Positions 44,661 through 55,588 are shown, counted from the stretch's first letter. The stretch: 64,000 nt of DNA from Anaerolineae bacterium (GCA_021463865.1 JAJTXY010000017.1:20635-84634); one strand, 5' to 3'. Numbers and translations: made by a program. Notes: a model not told the origin generated them from the letters alone.

Positions 44661-46220
44661 ATGTCAAACTATTTAGAACCTGAAAAAGTACCATCCGCCA
44701 ATCTCTTGATGGGTTATATCCAATCCATCCCAACTGAAACCCTTACCAAGTGGCTCCCCGACAACCCCTACGCTAGAAAATTAACCATCTGGGCAACCAG
44801 CGTGATTATCACGGGGCTGTTCGCGGCGATGATGCTCCCTAGTGGGGAAATGACCGTTGCCTTTACCGCTTTGATTACTGCCGTCGTCGGTACCATTCTG
44901 TTTGGCGAAGAGCGGATGCCGTTGGTTGTTGTAGGTCTAATGATGCTCCCATTAGGTGGCCTCGGCGATTTTCACGGTATTGTCGAAAACATGGAGTGGG
45001 TGCTGTTCATTAAACTGGTTGCCCTGCTGACTTGGGTAGATTTTTTGAACCACACGAAATATTTTGAACATCTAATTGAACGCTATTTGCCGCGTCAATT
45101 GCATGGCTTCCCCCTGATTGCCCTTTTATGTGTACTAGCCGCCTTCTCCGCCGCTTTGATTGATGAAGTCAACTCCATTGTGCTGTGGTACTTTGTAACC
45201 AAAGCGATTATTGGCTTCACCCCGAAAGGAAAGCTAAGATTAAAGGCCGCTTCGTGGACAGCAATTGTGATTTTGTTGGTGAGCGCGACCAACATCGGTT
45301 CGCAATTTTTACCATTGGGGAATCCCGTAGGTATTGCCATTTCGGTCATTTCCGGCTTATCGGCAGTAGATTTTATTACCTACGCTTGGCTACCGGGAAT
45401 CGTAACTCTCATCTATTTCAACTTGCGAGTTCGCTATAAATTCCGAAGCCTCATCTGGGAATTTAAATCCGTCACCGTTGAAGACTCCGATTTTGAAGTA
45501 TTAGAAGAACACATGGATCAGTACGAAGTCATCGAATATGAGGAAACGCCGACGAGCAATGCAACCCATCCTGTCGAACACAAAGCCGTACCGATTCCAA
45601 TTCTGCACAGTTTATTCGGCATCGGGGTCATCGGTTTGGTGCTGGCAACTCCAGTCTCTAATCTACTCAACTACAGCCCAGAGACTGGCTTAGGTATTTT
45701 TGTTCTAGCCCTCTTCGCTGGCACGCTGTCTGTTGGCAGTAGCTTCGGGCGGCATACCGAGCTTGTTCTGCGCGAACTCCCGTGGAATACCTTGTTCTTC
45801 ATTGTCTTTCTATTCGGAATCGCACACGGCTTAGAAACCAGCGGTCTAACCGAATCAGCCGCCGAGCAAATTTATTCCACTTTTGGGACCAATGAGATCG
45901 CCGTCAGAATTGTCATCGTGTTGGTCGCCGCATTGGTGACAGCCTTTATGGACAACGTAATCGCCGTCGCTGTCATTGCACCAATCATTATTGCACTCGG
46001 AGATCGGGGTTTTGAAACGCACGGCTTGTGGTTCTCGTTGCTCTCAGCAGCAGTCGTGGCGGGCAATCTGACCCCCATCGGCAGCACCGCCAACATTATC
46101 GCCAATGCCAAAGTGAAATCAAGCTGGGGTAGCTGGTGGAAAACCGGTGGCATATTGGCGGTGGAGTGTCTAATCGTCAATCAAGTGCTGCTTTATCTAT
46201 GGGAACAGGTCATCCGCTGA
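44661..46220 (+). CDS. ArsB/NhaD-superfamily (SLC13/CitMHS-like) ion/anion permease
   Basis: 519 aa and highly hydrophobic, with a central ~60-aa acidic loop. The C-terminal motif VVAGNLTPIGSTANIIANA resembles the conserved GN(L)TxIGSxAN motif of this superfamily. RBS: AAGGTGGAG. Confidence 0.6.
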   Translation: MSNYLEPEKVPSANLLMGYIQSIPTETLTKWLPDNPYARKLTIWATSVIITGLFAAMMLPSGEMTVAFTALITAVVGTILFGEERMPLVVVGLMMLPLGGLGDFHGIVENMEWVLFIKLVALLTWVDFLNHTKYFEHLIERYLPRQLHGFPLIALLCVLAAFSAALIDEVNSIVLWYFVTKAIIGFTPKGKLRLKAASWTAIVILLVSATNIGSQFLPLGNPVGIAISVISGLSAVDFITYAWLPGIVTLIYFNLRVRYKFRSLIWEFKSVTVEDSDFEVLEEHMDQYEVIEYEETPTSNATHPVEHKAVPIPILHSLFGIGVIGLVLATPVSNLLNYSPETGLGIFVLALFAGTLSVGSSFGRHTELVLRELPWNTLFFIVFLFGIAHGLETSGLTESAAEQIYSTFGTNEIAVRIVIVLVAALVTAFMDNVIAVAVIAPIIIALGDRGFETHGLWFSLLSAAVVAGNLTPIGSTANIIANAKVKSSWGSWWKTGGILAVECLIVNQVLLYLWEQVIR

Positions 46221-46239
46221 TTAATCCGCCTGAAACAAG

Positions 46240-46272
46240 CCCATCTTAGCAAAGGTGGGTTTCATTCATTTC
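46240..46272 (+). terminator. Weak terminator-like hairpin after the permease gene
   Basis: CCCATC (46240-46245) pairs with GGTGGG (46254-46259, one G-U pair), followed by the T-rich TTTCATTCATTTC. Confidence 0.3.
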
Positions 46273-46410
46273 TCCTGCCAACTTCCATACGAATGCGAAT
46301 TCACACGATAATTGATGGGTTAGCAAATCCAATACGCTTAAAGATTATCGCTGGGTCAAAGTTGCTGAAAAATTGGGGGTTTCTGGATTTTGGGGAGGGG
46401 ATTATGGGTA

Positions 46411-46440
46411 GAGCAGATAAATGCTCTGCTCCTTTTGTTT
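46411..46440 (+). terminator. Plus-strand terminator-like hairpin abutting the tRNA 3' end
   Basis: GAGCAG (46411-46416) pairs with CTGCTC (46426-46431), followed by CTTTTGTTT. No annotated plus-strand gene ends here. Confidence 0.3.
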
Positions 46441-46442
46441 AG

Positions 46443-46514
46443 CTGTGGGACCTGGACTCGAACCAGGACTAATGGATCCAGAGTCCACTGTTCTGCCGAT
46501 TAAACTATCCCACA
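46443..46514 (-). tRNA. tRNA-Gln (anticodon CUG)
   Basis: Folded by hand as a 72-nt cloverleaf. Acceptor UGUGGGA/UCCCACA with a U1-A72 pair, discriminator G. D stem GUUU/GAAC. Anticodon stem GUGGA/UCCAU with loop CU-CUG-GA. T arm CCUGG-UUCGAGU-CCAGG. CCA is not encoded. Confidence 0.85.
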
Positions 46515-46577
46515 CTATTTGGTTGTAAACCGCATTGTAGCATGGTCAGACCCCACTGACAAGGGTGTTCACGCTGG

Positions 46578-47360
46578 CTATTCAGGCCGATACACGAAAC
46601 CGGGACTACCCAAATACATCCCCCCATCCATATTGATGCACAACCCTTCCGCATAAATATACGGGGTAGAGATCACCTCCGATGGTTGGCCCGACATCTT
46701 GGTAATGGGAGTGTGCCCATGAATAATTTGTCGGGTGCGGCTGTCTCCATACCGCTGCATGAACTCGGCGGCTCGGCTGAAATCCCGAAAGGTGAAACGC
46801 TCGGCAAAATCTTCTAACAGCCGATCTAGGCCTTCGGTAGCTTTGTCTTCAAACAACTGGTGAAAAACAAAATTAACTTCATCAATCGTTCGACCATAGC
46901 GGGTATAAAACCACGCGTCGGCGTGAACTACCAGCAGCTTGCCCAGCGTCAGCATGGCGGGCAACTGCATCAACCAATCAATATGTGAAACCTTTAGCCG
47001 TTCCAGATCAGAGGTCTTGCCGCCGTTACGCCGCCAATTCGCCAAAAACGTTGAGCCATCATACGCCAGCACCGCTTGTGGAAAAAAATGAACGGCTACC
47101 ATAATGAGGTCATGGTTGCCTAATACAGCCAATACTTGGCCGCCTGCATCAGACGCCTCATGCTGCAAGCGCATGACAAAATCAATTGCCCCAATGCCAT
47201 CCGGCCCGCGATCTACAAAATCCCCCATAAAACATAGGGTCGCCTCTTGGCCTATCCAATGCAACTTTTCATCCACCAATTTCGCATTGCGCAGCAGTGT
47301 TGTAAGTTTGTCCAAATGTCCATGCACATCCCCGACAAAATAAGTATTCCCCATATCCAC
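46578..47360 (-). CDS. Metallophosphoesterase (PPP-family Ser/Thr phosphatase / ApaH-like)
   Basis: 260 aa. Motifs YFVGDVHGHLDKL, GDFVDRGPDG, GNHD and a later GHTP. Confidence 0.8.
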   Translation of the reverse strand: MDMGNTYFVGDVHGHLDKLTTLLRNAKLVDEKLHWIGQEATLCFMGDFVDRGPDGIGAIDFVMRLQHEASDAGGQVLAVLGNHDLIMVAVHFFPQAVLAYDGSTFLANWRRNGGKTSDLERLKVSHIDWLMQLPAMLTLGKLLVVHADAWFYTRYGRTIDEVNFVFHQLFEDKATEGLDRLLEDFAERFTFRDFSRAAEFMQRYGDSRTRQIIHGHTPITKMSGQPSEVISTPYIYAEGLCINMDGGMYLGSPGFVYRPE

Positions 47361-47369
47361 CTCAACATA

Positions 47370-48467
47370 TTATGCCAATACTGGTGACTGTCCCTCTTTG
47401 TGTCGTTCATAGGCTTGAATTTCGGCCTCCAAACTCGGCGGAAACAGGCGCTTCCGAAAAATCAACGCCAGAACCATCCCAACCATCACCCCAAACCACA
47501 CTTGGAAAATGCCAATCATCAAGACGGCGGCACCTGTTGCGCTTTTTTCCATCGCCACAATGCCTGACAGCATCGCACCAACCGTCAGTTCGCGTCCACC
47601 TGCCCCACCCGGCAACGCGCTCAACGCCGAAACGACCACTGAAAAGCCGAGAATAAACACCGCTTGTACAAACAACACTGTCGAAGCTGTTTCACCCAGC
47701 CCCAGCAACATCAAGTAAAATCCCACGCAGTCGCAAAAATAAGCTCCGATGCCAAACCCAACCGTCCGGGCGATATGGCGTAGACGGGCCATTTCATAGC
47801 TGCTCTCATAAATAACATGTAACGGCTGCTGGAACCGGCCTATGAAGGGCAAATAGGCTATCCATTTGATAAGGGTCAACGCTAAAGGGCGCACCTGCAC
47901 CACTGCAATCACCAACGTCATAAACACGATCGCAAATACGATGAGGCCCTGCACGTAACCCTGACTGATGGCATCCGACTCGAATAATTCACTGCCACCA
48001 ATCAAGCCCGAAACCATTACCAACAGCACTACCGCGAGTCCATCTACCAGCCGTTCCGCGATGATAATGGGGACTGTCCGGGTGGCGGGTACTCCCGTCA
48101 TATTTTTAAACACCAGTGCCTTGATGACCTCGGCGGCCTTACCCGGACTCAATGCGAGGGGCAGACTTGCCAGCCACAAAATGAAACTGTCCTGTACCTT
48201 TACCGTCGCAGGTTGGGTTTCGGTTGCGGGTCGTGTTTCCCCGCGCAACGTCGCCTTAACACCAATCACGCGCAAAAAATACTGCCATTCACAATAGCGC
48301 AGCACCCAATTGACAAATTTGAGGCCAATAACGGGCAGGAATATCCACAATGGAAATTCACCCAATTTTTTTGCTAGGTCACGGGCATTGAAGAAAACAA
48401 TCACTCCAACCACCACTGCCAGCATAAAAATGAGGCTGCCAATGATTTGATTTCGATATTTTCGCAT
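47370..48467 (-). CDS. Second flippase-like UPF0104 / LPG_synthase_TM family membrane protein
   Basis: Start taken at MRKYRNQIIGS (48467). Eight or more TM segments. FVNWVLRYCEWQYFLRVIG occupies the position of the RxxRWxxLL motif. The layout matches the gene at 2411-3457. Confidence 0.6.
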   Translation of the reverse strand: MRKYRNQIIGSLIFMLAVVVGVIVFFNARDLAKKLGEFPLWIFLPVIGLKFVNWVLRYCEWQYFLRVIGVKATLRGETRPATETQPATVKVQDSFILWLASLPLALSPGKAAEVIKALVFKNMTGVPATRTVPIIIAERLVDGLAVVLLVMVSGLIGGSELFESDAISQGYVQGLIVFAIVFMTLVIAVVQVRPLALTLIKWIAYLPFIGRFQQPLHVIYESSYEMARLRHIARTVGFGIGAYFCDCVGFYLMLLGLGETASTVLFVQAVFILGFSVVVSALSALPGGAGGRELTVGAMLSGIVAMEKSATGAAVLMIGIFQVWFGVMVGMVLALIFRKRLFPPSLEAEIQAYERHKEGQSPVLA

Positions 48468-48656
48468 TTTTGCATACTCGCATATTTGCCTATAGATGCC
48501 TTTATCAGCATAGACGACCTTGCACATAAGCGTCAATGTCTAAACTTCTCAGGCGGGTAGATAGAAAGTTGCGAAAAGGCCCATTTCTCGCCATACTAGA
48601 CATCCAATGAGTGTTATCCTTATATTATTTTTCTTTGGTAAGGAGTCAGGTCATTC

Positions 48657-49538
48657 ATGGCAAGTCGCCCTATTACAGTCGGCACGTATAACGTCAATAA
48701 CCTGTTTGACCGTTTTGACGATCCCTATAGTTATAGTGATGACACATGGAGTCCACGTGCCACCAAAGCCAAAGACCTTGACCAGCTATTCCAATTAGGT
48801 CAGCGCCTACGTGAAGATGCGCCAGACGTATTGGCGATGCAAGAAGTAGAAGACAAAGGCGTCCTGTATGAATTTAACGTCTCCCAGTTAGGACGGCACT
48901 TTAAGGATTTGGCACTGATTCCGGGCAACGACCCGCGCGGCATTGACGTGGCCCTTGCCAGCACCCTGCCCCTCGGCCAAGTGGTGTCCTATCAATTTAT
49001 CCGTGACAAAGACACTGGACGCAAGCTGTTTTCACGGGACCTGCTCGAAGTCGAAGTGATGCACCCGGATAACCCTTATCAGCGGTTATTCACCATTTTT
49101 GTCAACCATTTCAAAAGCAAATTTATTGACCCCAAGGTCAAAGCGGCAGATCGTCCGGCAGAACAGGCCGAAAATGACCGCTTGCGTTGGAAACAAGCCA
49201 CCGCCGTCGCCCAAATTGTCAAAGCACGTTTCCCCAACCCCAACGACTTTTTTATCATCGCAGGTGATCTAAACGACACTCCCGATGCGGCGACCCTTGC
49301 GCCCCTGCTGCGCGACCCCCAACTGCGTTTATTTAACGTGCTGGATTTGGTTCAAGATACTTCCAAACGCTGGACACATTATTGGAAAGCCCAAAAGGAA
49401 TATAGCCAGCTAGACTATTTGCTGCTTTCGCCTGCCCTTGCCCAATACATTGTGCCGGGGTCAGTACAGGTCGTTCAAAAAGGATCTATCGGGGGATCAG
49501 ATCACCGCCCAGTGTATGTCAAACTACAACTCTTTTGA
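48657..49538 (+). CDS. Endonuclease/exonuclease/phosphatase (EEP) family protein
   Basis: 293 aa. Motifs TYNVNNLF, LAMQEVED, IIAGDLNDTPD and GSDHRPVYVKL. Confidence 0.8.
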   Translation: MASRPITVGTYNVNNLFDRFDDPYSYSDDTWSPRATKAKDLDQLFQLGQRLREDAPDVLAMQEVEDKGVLYEFNVSQLGRHFKDLALIPGNDPRGIDVALASTLPLGQVVSYQFIRDKDTGRKLFSRDLLEVEVMHPDNPYQRLFTIFVNHFKSKFIDPKVKAADRPAEQAENDRLRWKQATAVAQIVKARFPNPNDFFIIAGDLNDTPDAATLAPLLRDPQLRLFNVLDLVQDTSKRWTHYWKAQKEYSQLDYLLLSPALAQYIVPGSVQVVQKGSIGGSDHRPVYVKLQLF

Positions 49539-49583
49539 TTGCTTCTTTTTTATGTCGTCTTCGAGCTTGGGAGATTCTGAAAC

Positions 49584-50861
49584 ATGAGAACTCGCGCTGT
49601 ATTGTTGGCTGGTGGTGAAGGCACACGTTTGGGGGTATTGACAGCAAAACGCGCCAAACCTGCCGTACCTTTTGCCGGAAAATATCGTATTTTAGACTTT
49701 GTGCTCTCCAACTGCGTTAATTCCAATATTTTTGACGTTTTGGTGCTGACCCAATATCGCCCCCACTCTCTCAACGAACACATCGCACGCGGCGAGCCGT
49801 GGGACTTAGACCGATCTTTCTCCGGTGGGGTGCAGTTACTTCAACCCTACAAAGGGCGCAAATCCACCGACTGGTACAAAGGCACAGCCGACGCGGTAAC
49901 ACAAAACCTGAATTTTGTACGTCGTGGCGCACCCGATAACATCTTGATTTTGTCGGGCGACCACATCTACAAAATGGATTATTTCGAACTGATTGACTAT
50001 CACGAATCCAACGACGCCGATTTGACCATCTGTGTCATCGAAGTACCCATGCACGAAGCCAGCCGCTACGGGATTATATTTACCGACGACAAAATGAATG
50101 TGCTAGAATTTTATGAAAAACCCAAGAATCCCCCCGGCAATCTCGCCAATATGGGTGTGTATGTCTTTAAAACCCCAGTGCTAGATTATTATTTGCAGCA
50201 GGACGACGCCGATGAAAATTCCGATCACGACTTTGGCAAAAACATTATCCCCAAGATGATTAGCGACAAACTCCGGGTCATCGCCTACCCCTTTAAAGAT
50301 TATTGGGTAGACGTAGGGACGTTGGGTGCTTACTGGGAAGCCCATATGGACTTACTGCGTAATCCCCCGCTGCTCGACTTGAATGACCGCAGTTGGGTCA
50401 TCCACACCCGGTCTGAAGAACGCCCCCCCGTCAAGGTCGAACGCGGCGTCGAACTCATTGACAGTATGGTCACGAGTGGTTCAATAATTTCCAGCCGCGC
50501 CTATGTTGAACGCAGCGTACTTTCGCCGGGAGTGGTGGTTGGGCCGGGAGCAATTATCCGCGAAAGCATCATTTTGACCGATGCCTATATTGAAGCGGGT
50601 GCGGTGGTCGAACGCTGCATTATTGATAAGCAGGCCGTCATCGGCGAAAATACCCGGATTGGTCGCCGCAGCGAAGAAACCAACCCGGAAAAATTGCAGC
50701 TCACCAGCGTGGGCAAAAGTGCCCGTGTGCCCGCCAATTTCACCATTGGCGCAAATGTCATTATCGGCAGTGAGGTGGACATTGAAGATTTCGATAAATT
50801 CCCTGACCGAATTGTGCCAGACGGCGCACGAGTAGGCTATCTGGGGCCAGATAAATCGTAA
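49584..50861 (+). CDS. glgC: Glucose-1-phosphate adenylyltransferase
   Basis: 425 aa. [45 protein letters not shown], with a left-handed beta-helix C-terminus. Confidence 0.9.
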   Translation: MRTRAVLLAGGEGTRLGVLTAKRAKPAVPFAGKYRILDFVLSNCVNSNIFDVLVLTQYRPHSLNEHIARGEPWDLDRSFSGGVQLLQPYKGRKSTDWYKGTADAVTQNLNFVRRGAPDNILILSGDHIYKMDYFELIDYHESNDADLTICVIEVPMHEASRYGIIFTDDKMNVLEFYEKPKNPPGNLANMGVYVFKTPVLDYYLQQDDADENSDHDFGKNIIPKMISDKLRVIAYPFKDYWVDVGTLGAYWEAHMDLLRNPPLLDLNDRSWVIHTRSEERPPVKVERGVELIDSMVTSGSIISSRAYVERSVLSPGVVVGPGAIIRESIILTDAYIEAGAVVERCIIDKQAVIGENTRIGRRSEETNPEKLQLTSVGKSARVPANFTIGANVIIGSEVDIEDFDKFPDRIVPDGARVGYLGPDKS

Positions 50862-52675
50862 TGATGAGACAGATTTCGAAATACCTGCTGATGGGTGTCG
50901 TTTTGCTGGCGCTCGTCAGCAGTCCCTTTACCAATCTTTCCAACCACCCCACTCCGCACACGGCCCACGCCGATGATCCCATTGAACAGCGGGTAGACAA
51001 CCTGATCCGCAAGATGACGCTGGAGCAAAAGGTTGGGCAGATGTTCATGGTCAGCATCTATGGCACCCGCATGTCTGACCCCAACGAGCGTTTTCTGCGC
51101 CAATATCAACCCGGCGCGATTGCATTGTTTGGCTCGAACCTCGACTATCAATCCACCACCGAAACCACCGACTACATCAATGTCTTGCAGCAAATCGCCA
51201 TCGAAACCAGCGGAATCCCGATGTTGGTCGCGGTAGATCAAGAAGGTGGACGGGTATGGCGGCTGGTCAATGGTTTTACCCATTTCCCCGAACCGCTTTA
51301 TCTTGGCGCGGCGGCTGATCCCAATATCGCCTATGCCGTTGGACAAGCGTTGGGCCGCGAAATTAAAGGCGTTGGTGTCAATATGAATCTTGCCCCGGTG
51401 GTAGATTTGACTACCCGCTTTGATAACCTCACCCCCACCAGCGTGCTGTTTCAGCGCACGATGGGCGAAGACCCGGTTGTAGTGGGTGAACTTTCCGGGA
51501 TGCTGGCACGTGGCATGGCCGATGCTGGCGTGATTGGCGTCGTCAAACATTTCCCCGGTCACAGCCCCACCCGCACCGACAGCCATACCGATTTAGCGGT
51601 GGTAGATATTGACCGCCAAACCTTTGAGGAGCGAAATCTATGGGCGTTTCGGCTGGCAATTGAATACGGCGCGGAAGTCGTGATGGTCGGGCATCTGTAT
51701 TATCCAGCGATTGAACCCGTCGAAAATCTACCTGCCTCGCTGTCTCCTACCATGATGAGCATTCTCCGCCACGATTTAGGCTTTGATGGCGTCATCATGA
51801 CCGACGCCCTCGGCATGGGTGCGATTCTCAATCATCATAATGCTGAGGATGCGGCACTTTTGGCAATTGACGCTGGGGCAGATATGCTAGCAATGGGGCC
51901 AAACATGGCTTTTGCTAAACAAAAATCCTCAATGGAGGCAGTCGTTGCGGCTGTCAACAATGGGGAATTATCCGAACGGCGCATTGATGAATCAGTAAGG
52001 CGCATTTTATTGCTAAAGGCCCGCCACAATTTATTGGACTGGGAACCCCTCGATTCCTCCGACCCTGCCACCCGTATCCAGCAAGAATTAACCTCCCCAG
52101 TCATGACACAGGCGTTTGAGTCAGCGGTGACGGTGTTGCAAGATAAAAACGGTCTGCTGCCCCTCCGTCCCGCCGATAACGTTGCGCTGATCTTCCCCGC
52201 TATCTACAGTGACATCGGCAAAACGTGTAGCCAATATCTGCCCGATGCCGAAATTTTAGGCTATACCTATTTTGTTGCCGATTGGGAATATGTCAGCACC
52301 CGTAAATTGGGCGAGTCGGCGGATAAAATCATCATTTTTGTGGAGACGCTCTATGTCAACACCGAGCAAGCGGCCTTGATTGAGCGCCTGCCGCCTGAAA
52401 AAACAGTGGTGGTTTCACTAGCGACTCCCTATGATTGGGAATTTATCACACCGGAGTTCAGGCCAAGTGGCTATGTAGCAGCCTATGCCAACATCCCCGA
52501 AGCCCAACAAGCGGCCTGCCGGGTATTGGTGGGTGTCGTGCCGACACGCGGAATGCTGCCCTTGACCATGACCGATTTTAATATCGGCTCAGGCTTGGTC
52601 TATGATGCCCAATCTGTCAGCACGGCCTCCAATCCGACACCGCAAAGTGATATGATTGTGACCCCTACACCATAA
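50861..52675 (+). CDS. Glycoside hydrolase family 3 protein (NagZ/BglX-like), probably exported
   Basis: 604 aa. The start overlaps the glgC stop (TAATG). N-terminal hydrophobic signal YLLMGVVLLALVSS. Motifs KHFPGHS and GVIMTDALGMGA. Confidence 0.8.
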   Translation: MMRQISKYLLMGVVLLALVSSPFTNLSNHPTPHTAHADDPIEQRVDNLIRKMTLEQKVGQMFMVSIYGTRMSDPNERFLRQYQPGAIALFGSNLDYQSTTETTDYINVLQQIAIETSGIPMLVAVDQEGGRVWRLVNGFTHFPEPLYLGAAADPNIAYAVGQALGREIKGVGVNMNLAPVVDLTTRFDNLTPTSVLFQRTMGEDPVVVGELSGMLARGMADAGVIGVVKHFPGHSPTRTDSHTDLAVVDIDRQTFEERNLWAFRLAIEYGAEVVMVGHLYYPAIEPVENLPASLSPTMMSILRHDLGFDGVIMTDALGMGAILNHHNAEDAALLAIDAGADMLAMGPNMAFAKQKSSMEAVVAAVNNGELSERRIDESVRRILLLKARHNLLDWEPLDSSDPATRIQQELTSPVMTQAFESAVTVLQDKNGLLPLRPADNVALIFPAIYSDIGKTCSQYLPDAEILGYTYFVADWEYVSTRKLGESADKIIIFVETLYVNTEQAALIERLPPEKTVVVSLATPYDWEFITPEFRPSGYVAAYANIPEAQQAACRVLVGVVPTRGMLPLTMTDFNIGSGLVYDAQSVSTASNPTPQSDMIVTPTP

Positions 52676-52680
52676 TTCAA

Positions 52681-52706
52681 AGGGGCGATTTTTCACTATC
52701 GCCCCT
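52681..52706. terminator. 9-bp-stem hairpin between convergent GH3 and thiolase genes
   Basis: AGGGGCGAT (52681-52689) pairs with ATCGCCCCT (52698-52706), with an 8-nt loop. There is no strong T-run on either side. Confidence 0.45.
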
Positions 52707-52718
52707 CCTAAATATTCA

Positions 52719-53882
52719 TCAACTTAATCTTTCAATAATCGTCCCCGTGCCCAAACCGCCGCCACAACACATGGTTTGCAGGCCATAGCGTTTATCATGG
52801 GTCTCCAATGCGTGCAGCAGTGTCGTCATCAATCGCGCCCCGGACGCCCCCAACGGATGCCCCAATGCAATCGCCCCGCCATGTGCATTCACCCTGCTCA
52901 TATTGGGGTGATATTCCTTCTCCCACGCCAGCACGACGGTTGCAAACGCCTCGTTAATTTCAATCAAGTCAATATCATTCAGCGTCAATCCGGCCCGATC
53001 CAATACCTTGCGTGTCGCGGGTATAGGCCCACTCAGCATCAACACCGGGTCAACCCCCACCAGCGTTTGGGCCACGATTCGGGCGCGGGGTTTAAGGCCG
53101 AATTTTTTAGCCGACTCCGCATCCATCACCAGTAATGCCGCCGCGCCATCTGAAATCTGGCTGGAATTTCCAGCGGTCACAATGCCATTTTCCTTAAAGG
53201 CGGGTTTCAGGGTTGCCATTTTTTCGAGTGAGGCATTAGCGCGGAAGCCCTCATCATTACAGATGGTCACACGGTTGCCATTTTCATCTACGGTTTCGAC
53301 GGGCACAATCTCGTGTGAAAACCATCCCTGTTGTGTGGCATTTGCGGCACGTTGATGACTTTGTAGGCTGAATTGATCAGCCTCAGCGCGGCTGATGTGC
53401 CATTTTTCCGCCATCATCTCGGCTGAATCCCCTTGATGGGTAATCGGGTAGACATTCAAAATTTCGGGCGTATAGGGAAATCCCGGCCCATTTTTGATGG
53501 TCGAGAGCATCGGCACACGCGACATGCTTTCCACCCCGCCGACCACCATCACATCGGCCTGTCCGCTGGCAATCATGCCATGCGCCAAATGGAGCGCCTC
53601 TTGGCTCGATCCGCATTGGGTATCAAGCGTCGTAGCGGGAACATCTATTGGTAATCCGGCGTGCAGCCACACCTGTCGGCCCACATTGACGGCCTGTTCG
53701 CCTGCCTGTGAGACACACCCCCATAGCACCAACTCAATTTTTAATGGGTCAAGCCCCGTGCGGTCAAAGATTGCCTTAACCGGAATCGCCCCCAACGCCA
53801 CCGCGTGGAGCCGACTTAGCCCACCGTCCCGCTTGCCTGTCGGGGTACGAGCTGCCTCAACAATCACCACTTCCCGTGCCAT
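52719..53882 (-). CDS. Acetyl-CoA C-acetyl/acyltransferase (thiolase II-like)
   Basis: Start at MAREVVIVEAARTPTGKR (ATG at 53882). Active-site contexts LDTQCGSSQEAL, NAHGGAIALGHPLGASGAR and CCGGGLGTG. The listed 5' extension to 54002 is unlikely. Confidence 0.9.
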   Translation of the reverse strand: MAREVVIVEAARTPTGKRDGGLSRLHAVALGAIPVKAIFDRTGLDPLKIELVLWGCVSQAGEQAVNVGRQVWLHAGLPIDVPATTLDTQCGSSQEALHLAHGMIASGQADVMVVGGVESMSRVPMLSTIKNGPGFPYTPEILNVYPITHQGDSAEMMAEKWHISRAEADQFSLQSHQRAANATQQGWFSHEIVPVETVDENGNRVTICNDEGFRANASLEKMATLKPAFKENGIVTAGNSSQISDGAAALLVMDAESAKKFGLKPRARIVAQTLVGVDPVLMLSGPIPATRKVLDRAGLTLNDIDLIEINEAFATVVLAWEKEYHPNMSRVNAHGGAIALGHPLGASGARLMTTLLHALETHDKRYGLQTMCCGGGLGTGTIIERLS

Positions 53883-53986
53883 AAAATTCACTTCCTTTGC
53901 TTGCTCTACCTTGTCAGGGATAATAACCGATGTACTATAGTGGTCGCCAAAAATAGTGGATTTTCCGAGAGGTTTCTCTCCCACCG

Positions 53987-54655
53987 ATGAAAAACAAAAC
54001 ACCTATGCCCACTCTAGACGAAGAACGTGCCCTCTATGCCGAAGGATACCAACGAATTGCCGGAGTAGATGAAGCCGGACGTGGCAGCATCTTTGGCCCG
54101 GTCTGTGTCGGAATAGTCGTCCTGCCCTCGCAGAATTTGGATGAATTAGTGCAAGAACTAAACGAGGTACGCGATTCCAAAAAAATCTCGCGGCGCAAGG
54201 TCTATCGGCTGTCGGATAAAATCAAAGAGGTCGCGGTCAGTTGGGGTGTAGGAGCGGCTTCGGCCCAAGAGGTAGACAAAATCCGTATCACAGCGGCAGT
54301 TTCGGAGGCAGGGTATCGTGCCCATGAGGACTTACAGAACCGCGCGTCGCTAAAAATTGATTATTTGTTGACCGACAGTCGCATGAATTTATCGAAACTC
54401 GCACTCCCCACTAAAGCGATTGTCAAAGGCGATATGCTGTGCCTCTCGATTGCCTGTGCTGCTATTCTTGCCAAGACTCAACATGATATTTTGGTGCGGC
54501 AGCTTGCCGAGCAATATGACGAGGTGTATCAGCTACAAAACAATGTTGGCTATGGCACAGCCGCCCATATTTATGCGGTTCGGAAATATGGTCACACCAA
54601 CGACCACCGCAAAACGTTTATTCTAAAGGCCCGTCAACTACCACTGCCTGAATAG
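53987..54655 (+). CDS. rnhB: Ribonuclease HII
   Basis: 222 aa. Contains the GVDEAGRGSIFGPVCVG motif. The start could instead be ATG 54005. Confidence 0.85.
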   Translation: MKNKTPMPTLDEERALYAEGYQRIAGVDEAGRGSIFGPVCVGIVVLPSQNLDELVQELNEVRDSKKISRRKVYRLSDKIKEVAVSWGVGAASAQEVDKIRITAAVSEAGYRAHEDLQNRASLKIDYLLTDSRMNLSKLALPTKAIVKGDMLCLSIACAAILAKTQHDILVRQLAEQYDEVYQLQNNVGYGTAAHIYAVRKYGHTNDHRKTFILKARQLPLPE

Positions 54656-55452
54656 GGTTTATTTAAGTCCAGCGCCAATTCAATCCCCACCGGGCAGTGA
54701 TCCGATCCCATCACATCCGCCAAAATGACGGCATCTTTGAGGGCGGGTTTCAGTTCAGGCGACATGATGAAATAATCCAACCGCCAGCCGATGTTCTTTT
54801 CGCGTGCGCCAGATCGCACCGTCCACCATGAATAACGTCCGGTCATGTCGGGATAGAGATGGCGGAAGGTGTCTATATAGCCCATTGTGCCAATCACTTT
54901 GTCCAGCCACGCCCGTTCTTCTGGCAAAAACCCTGAATTCTTCTCATTCTGCTTGGCATTAGTTAGATCAATGGCTTGATGGGCGATATTGACATCTCCG
55001 CAAAAAATCACGGGCTTCCCTTTGCTGCGGCAGTTTTCGCAATAACCAATAAATGCCTCGCTGAACGCCAACTTAAAGGCCACACGCTCCGGGCCAGTCG
55101 TACCACTAGGGAAATAAGCATTGATGAACGTAAAGGCCGGATATTCAACCGTCAGTACCCGCCCCTCAATATCGAACTCAGACAGACCCATTCCATATGA
55201 CACTTCCAACGGCTCGACCCTGCTATAGACCGCTAGGCCACTATAACCTTTTTTCTCCGCTGCGACCCAATAGGATTTATAGCCTGTGACCTCGCGCAGA
55301 GCAGCCTCTAATTGGTCAGGATGGGCTTTGGTTTCTTGCAGTGCCAAAATATCCGGGGATACCGAGGTGAACCAATCTAAAAAGCCTTTTTTGTAGACGG
55401 CGCGAATGCCATTTACATTCCACGAAAGCAGTTTCGTCGTTGGGCTAGTCAT
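54634..55452 (-). CDS. xth: Exodeoxyribonuclease III (AP endonuclease)
   Basis: Start at MTSPTTKLLSWNVNGIRA (ATG at 55452). Motifs LALQETK, GDVNIAHQAIDL and SDHCPVGIEL. Confidence 0.88.
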   Translation of the reverse strand: MTSPTTKLLSWNVNGIRAVYKKGFLDWFTSVSPDILALQETKAHPDQLEAALREVTGYKSYWVAAEKKGYSGLAVYSRVEPLEVSYGMGLSEFDIEGRVLTVEYPAFTFINAYFPSGTTGPERVAFKLAFSEAFIGYCENCRSKGKPVIFCGDVNIAHQAIDLTNAKQNEKNSGFLPEERAWLDKVIGTMGYIDTFRHLYPDMTGRYSWWTVRSGAREKNIGWRLDYFIMSPELKPALKDAVILADVMGSDHCPVGIELALDLNKPYSGSGS

Positions 55453-55588
55453 TGAATTTTCTCCTTCAAATAGGGACTGTCGCATTTTAGCACAAATTTG
55501 CGGAAAATCGAACACCTGTTTGCTTGCATATTGCTTAGGGTGGGATGGGTTCGCTACAATGTGGCACGCATCAGAAATGGAAGAATCA

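Noticed and set aside
46404-46442. A 12-codon ORF (MGRADKCSAPFV) with an upstream GGAGGGG, next to the tRNA.
   Set aside because: It is too short to support, and it coincides with the hairpin/T-run at 46411-46440, which explains the sequence better.
46221-46577. Possibility that the tRNA-Gln marks an integration site for a genomic island.
   Set aside because: No integrase, no direct repeat of the tRNA 3' end and no phage or transposon genes are visible on either side within the window.
50837-51586. A 249-aa minus-strand ORF inside the GH3 gene.
   Set aside because: It is antisense to a gene with clear GH3 motifs and has shadow-frame composition.
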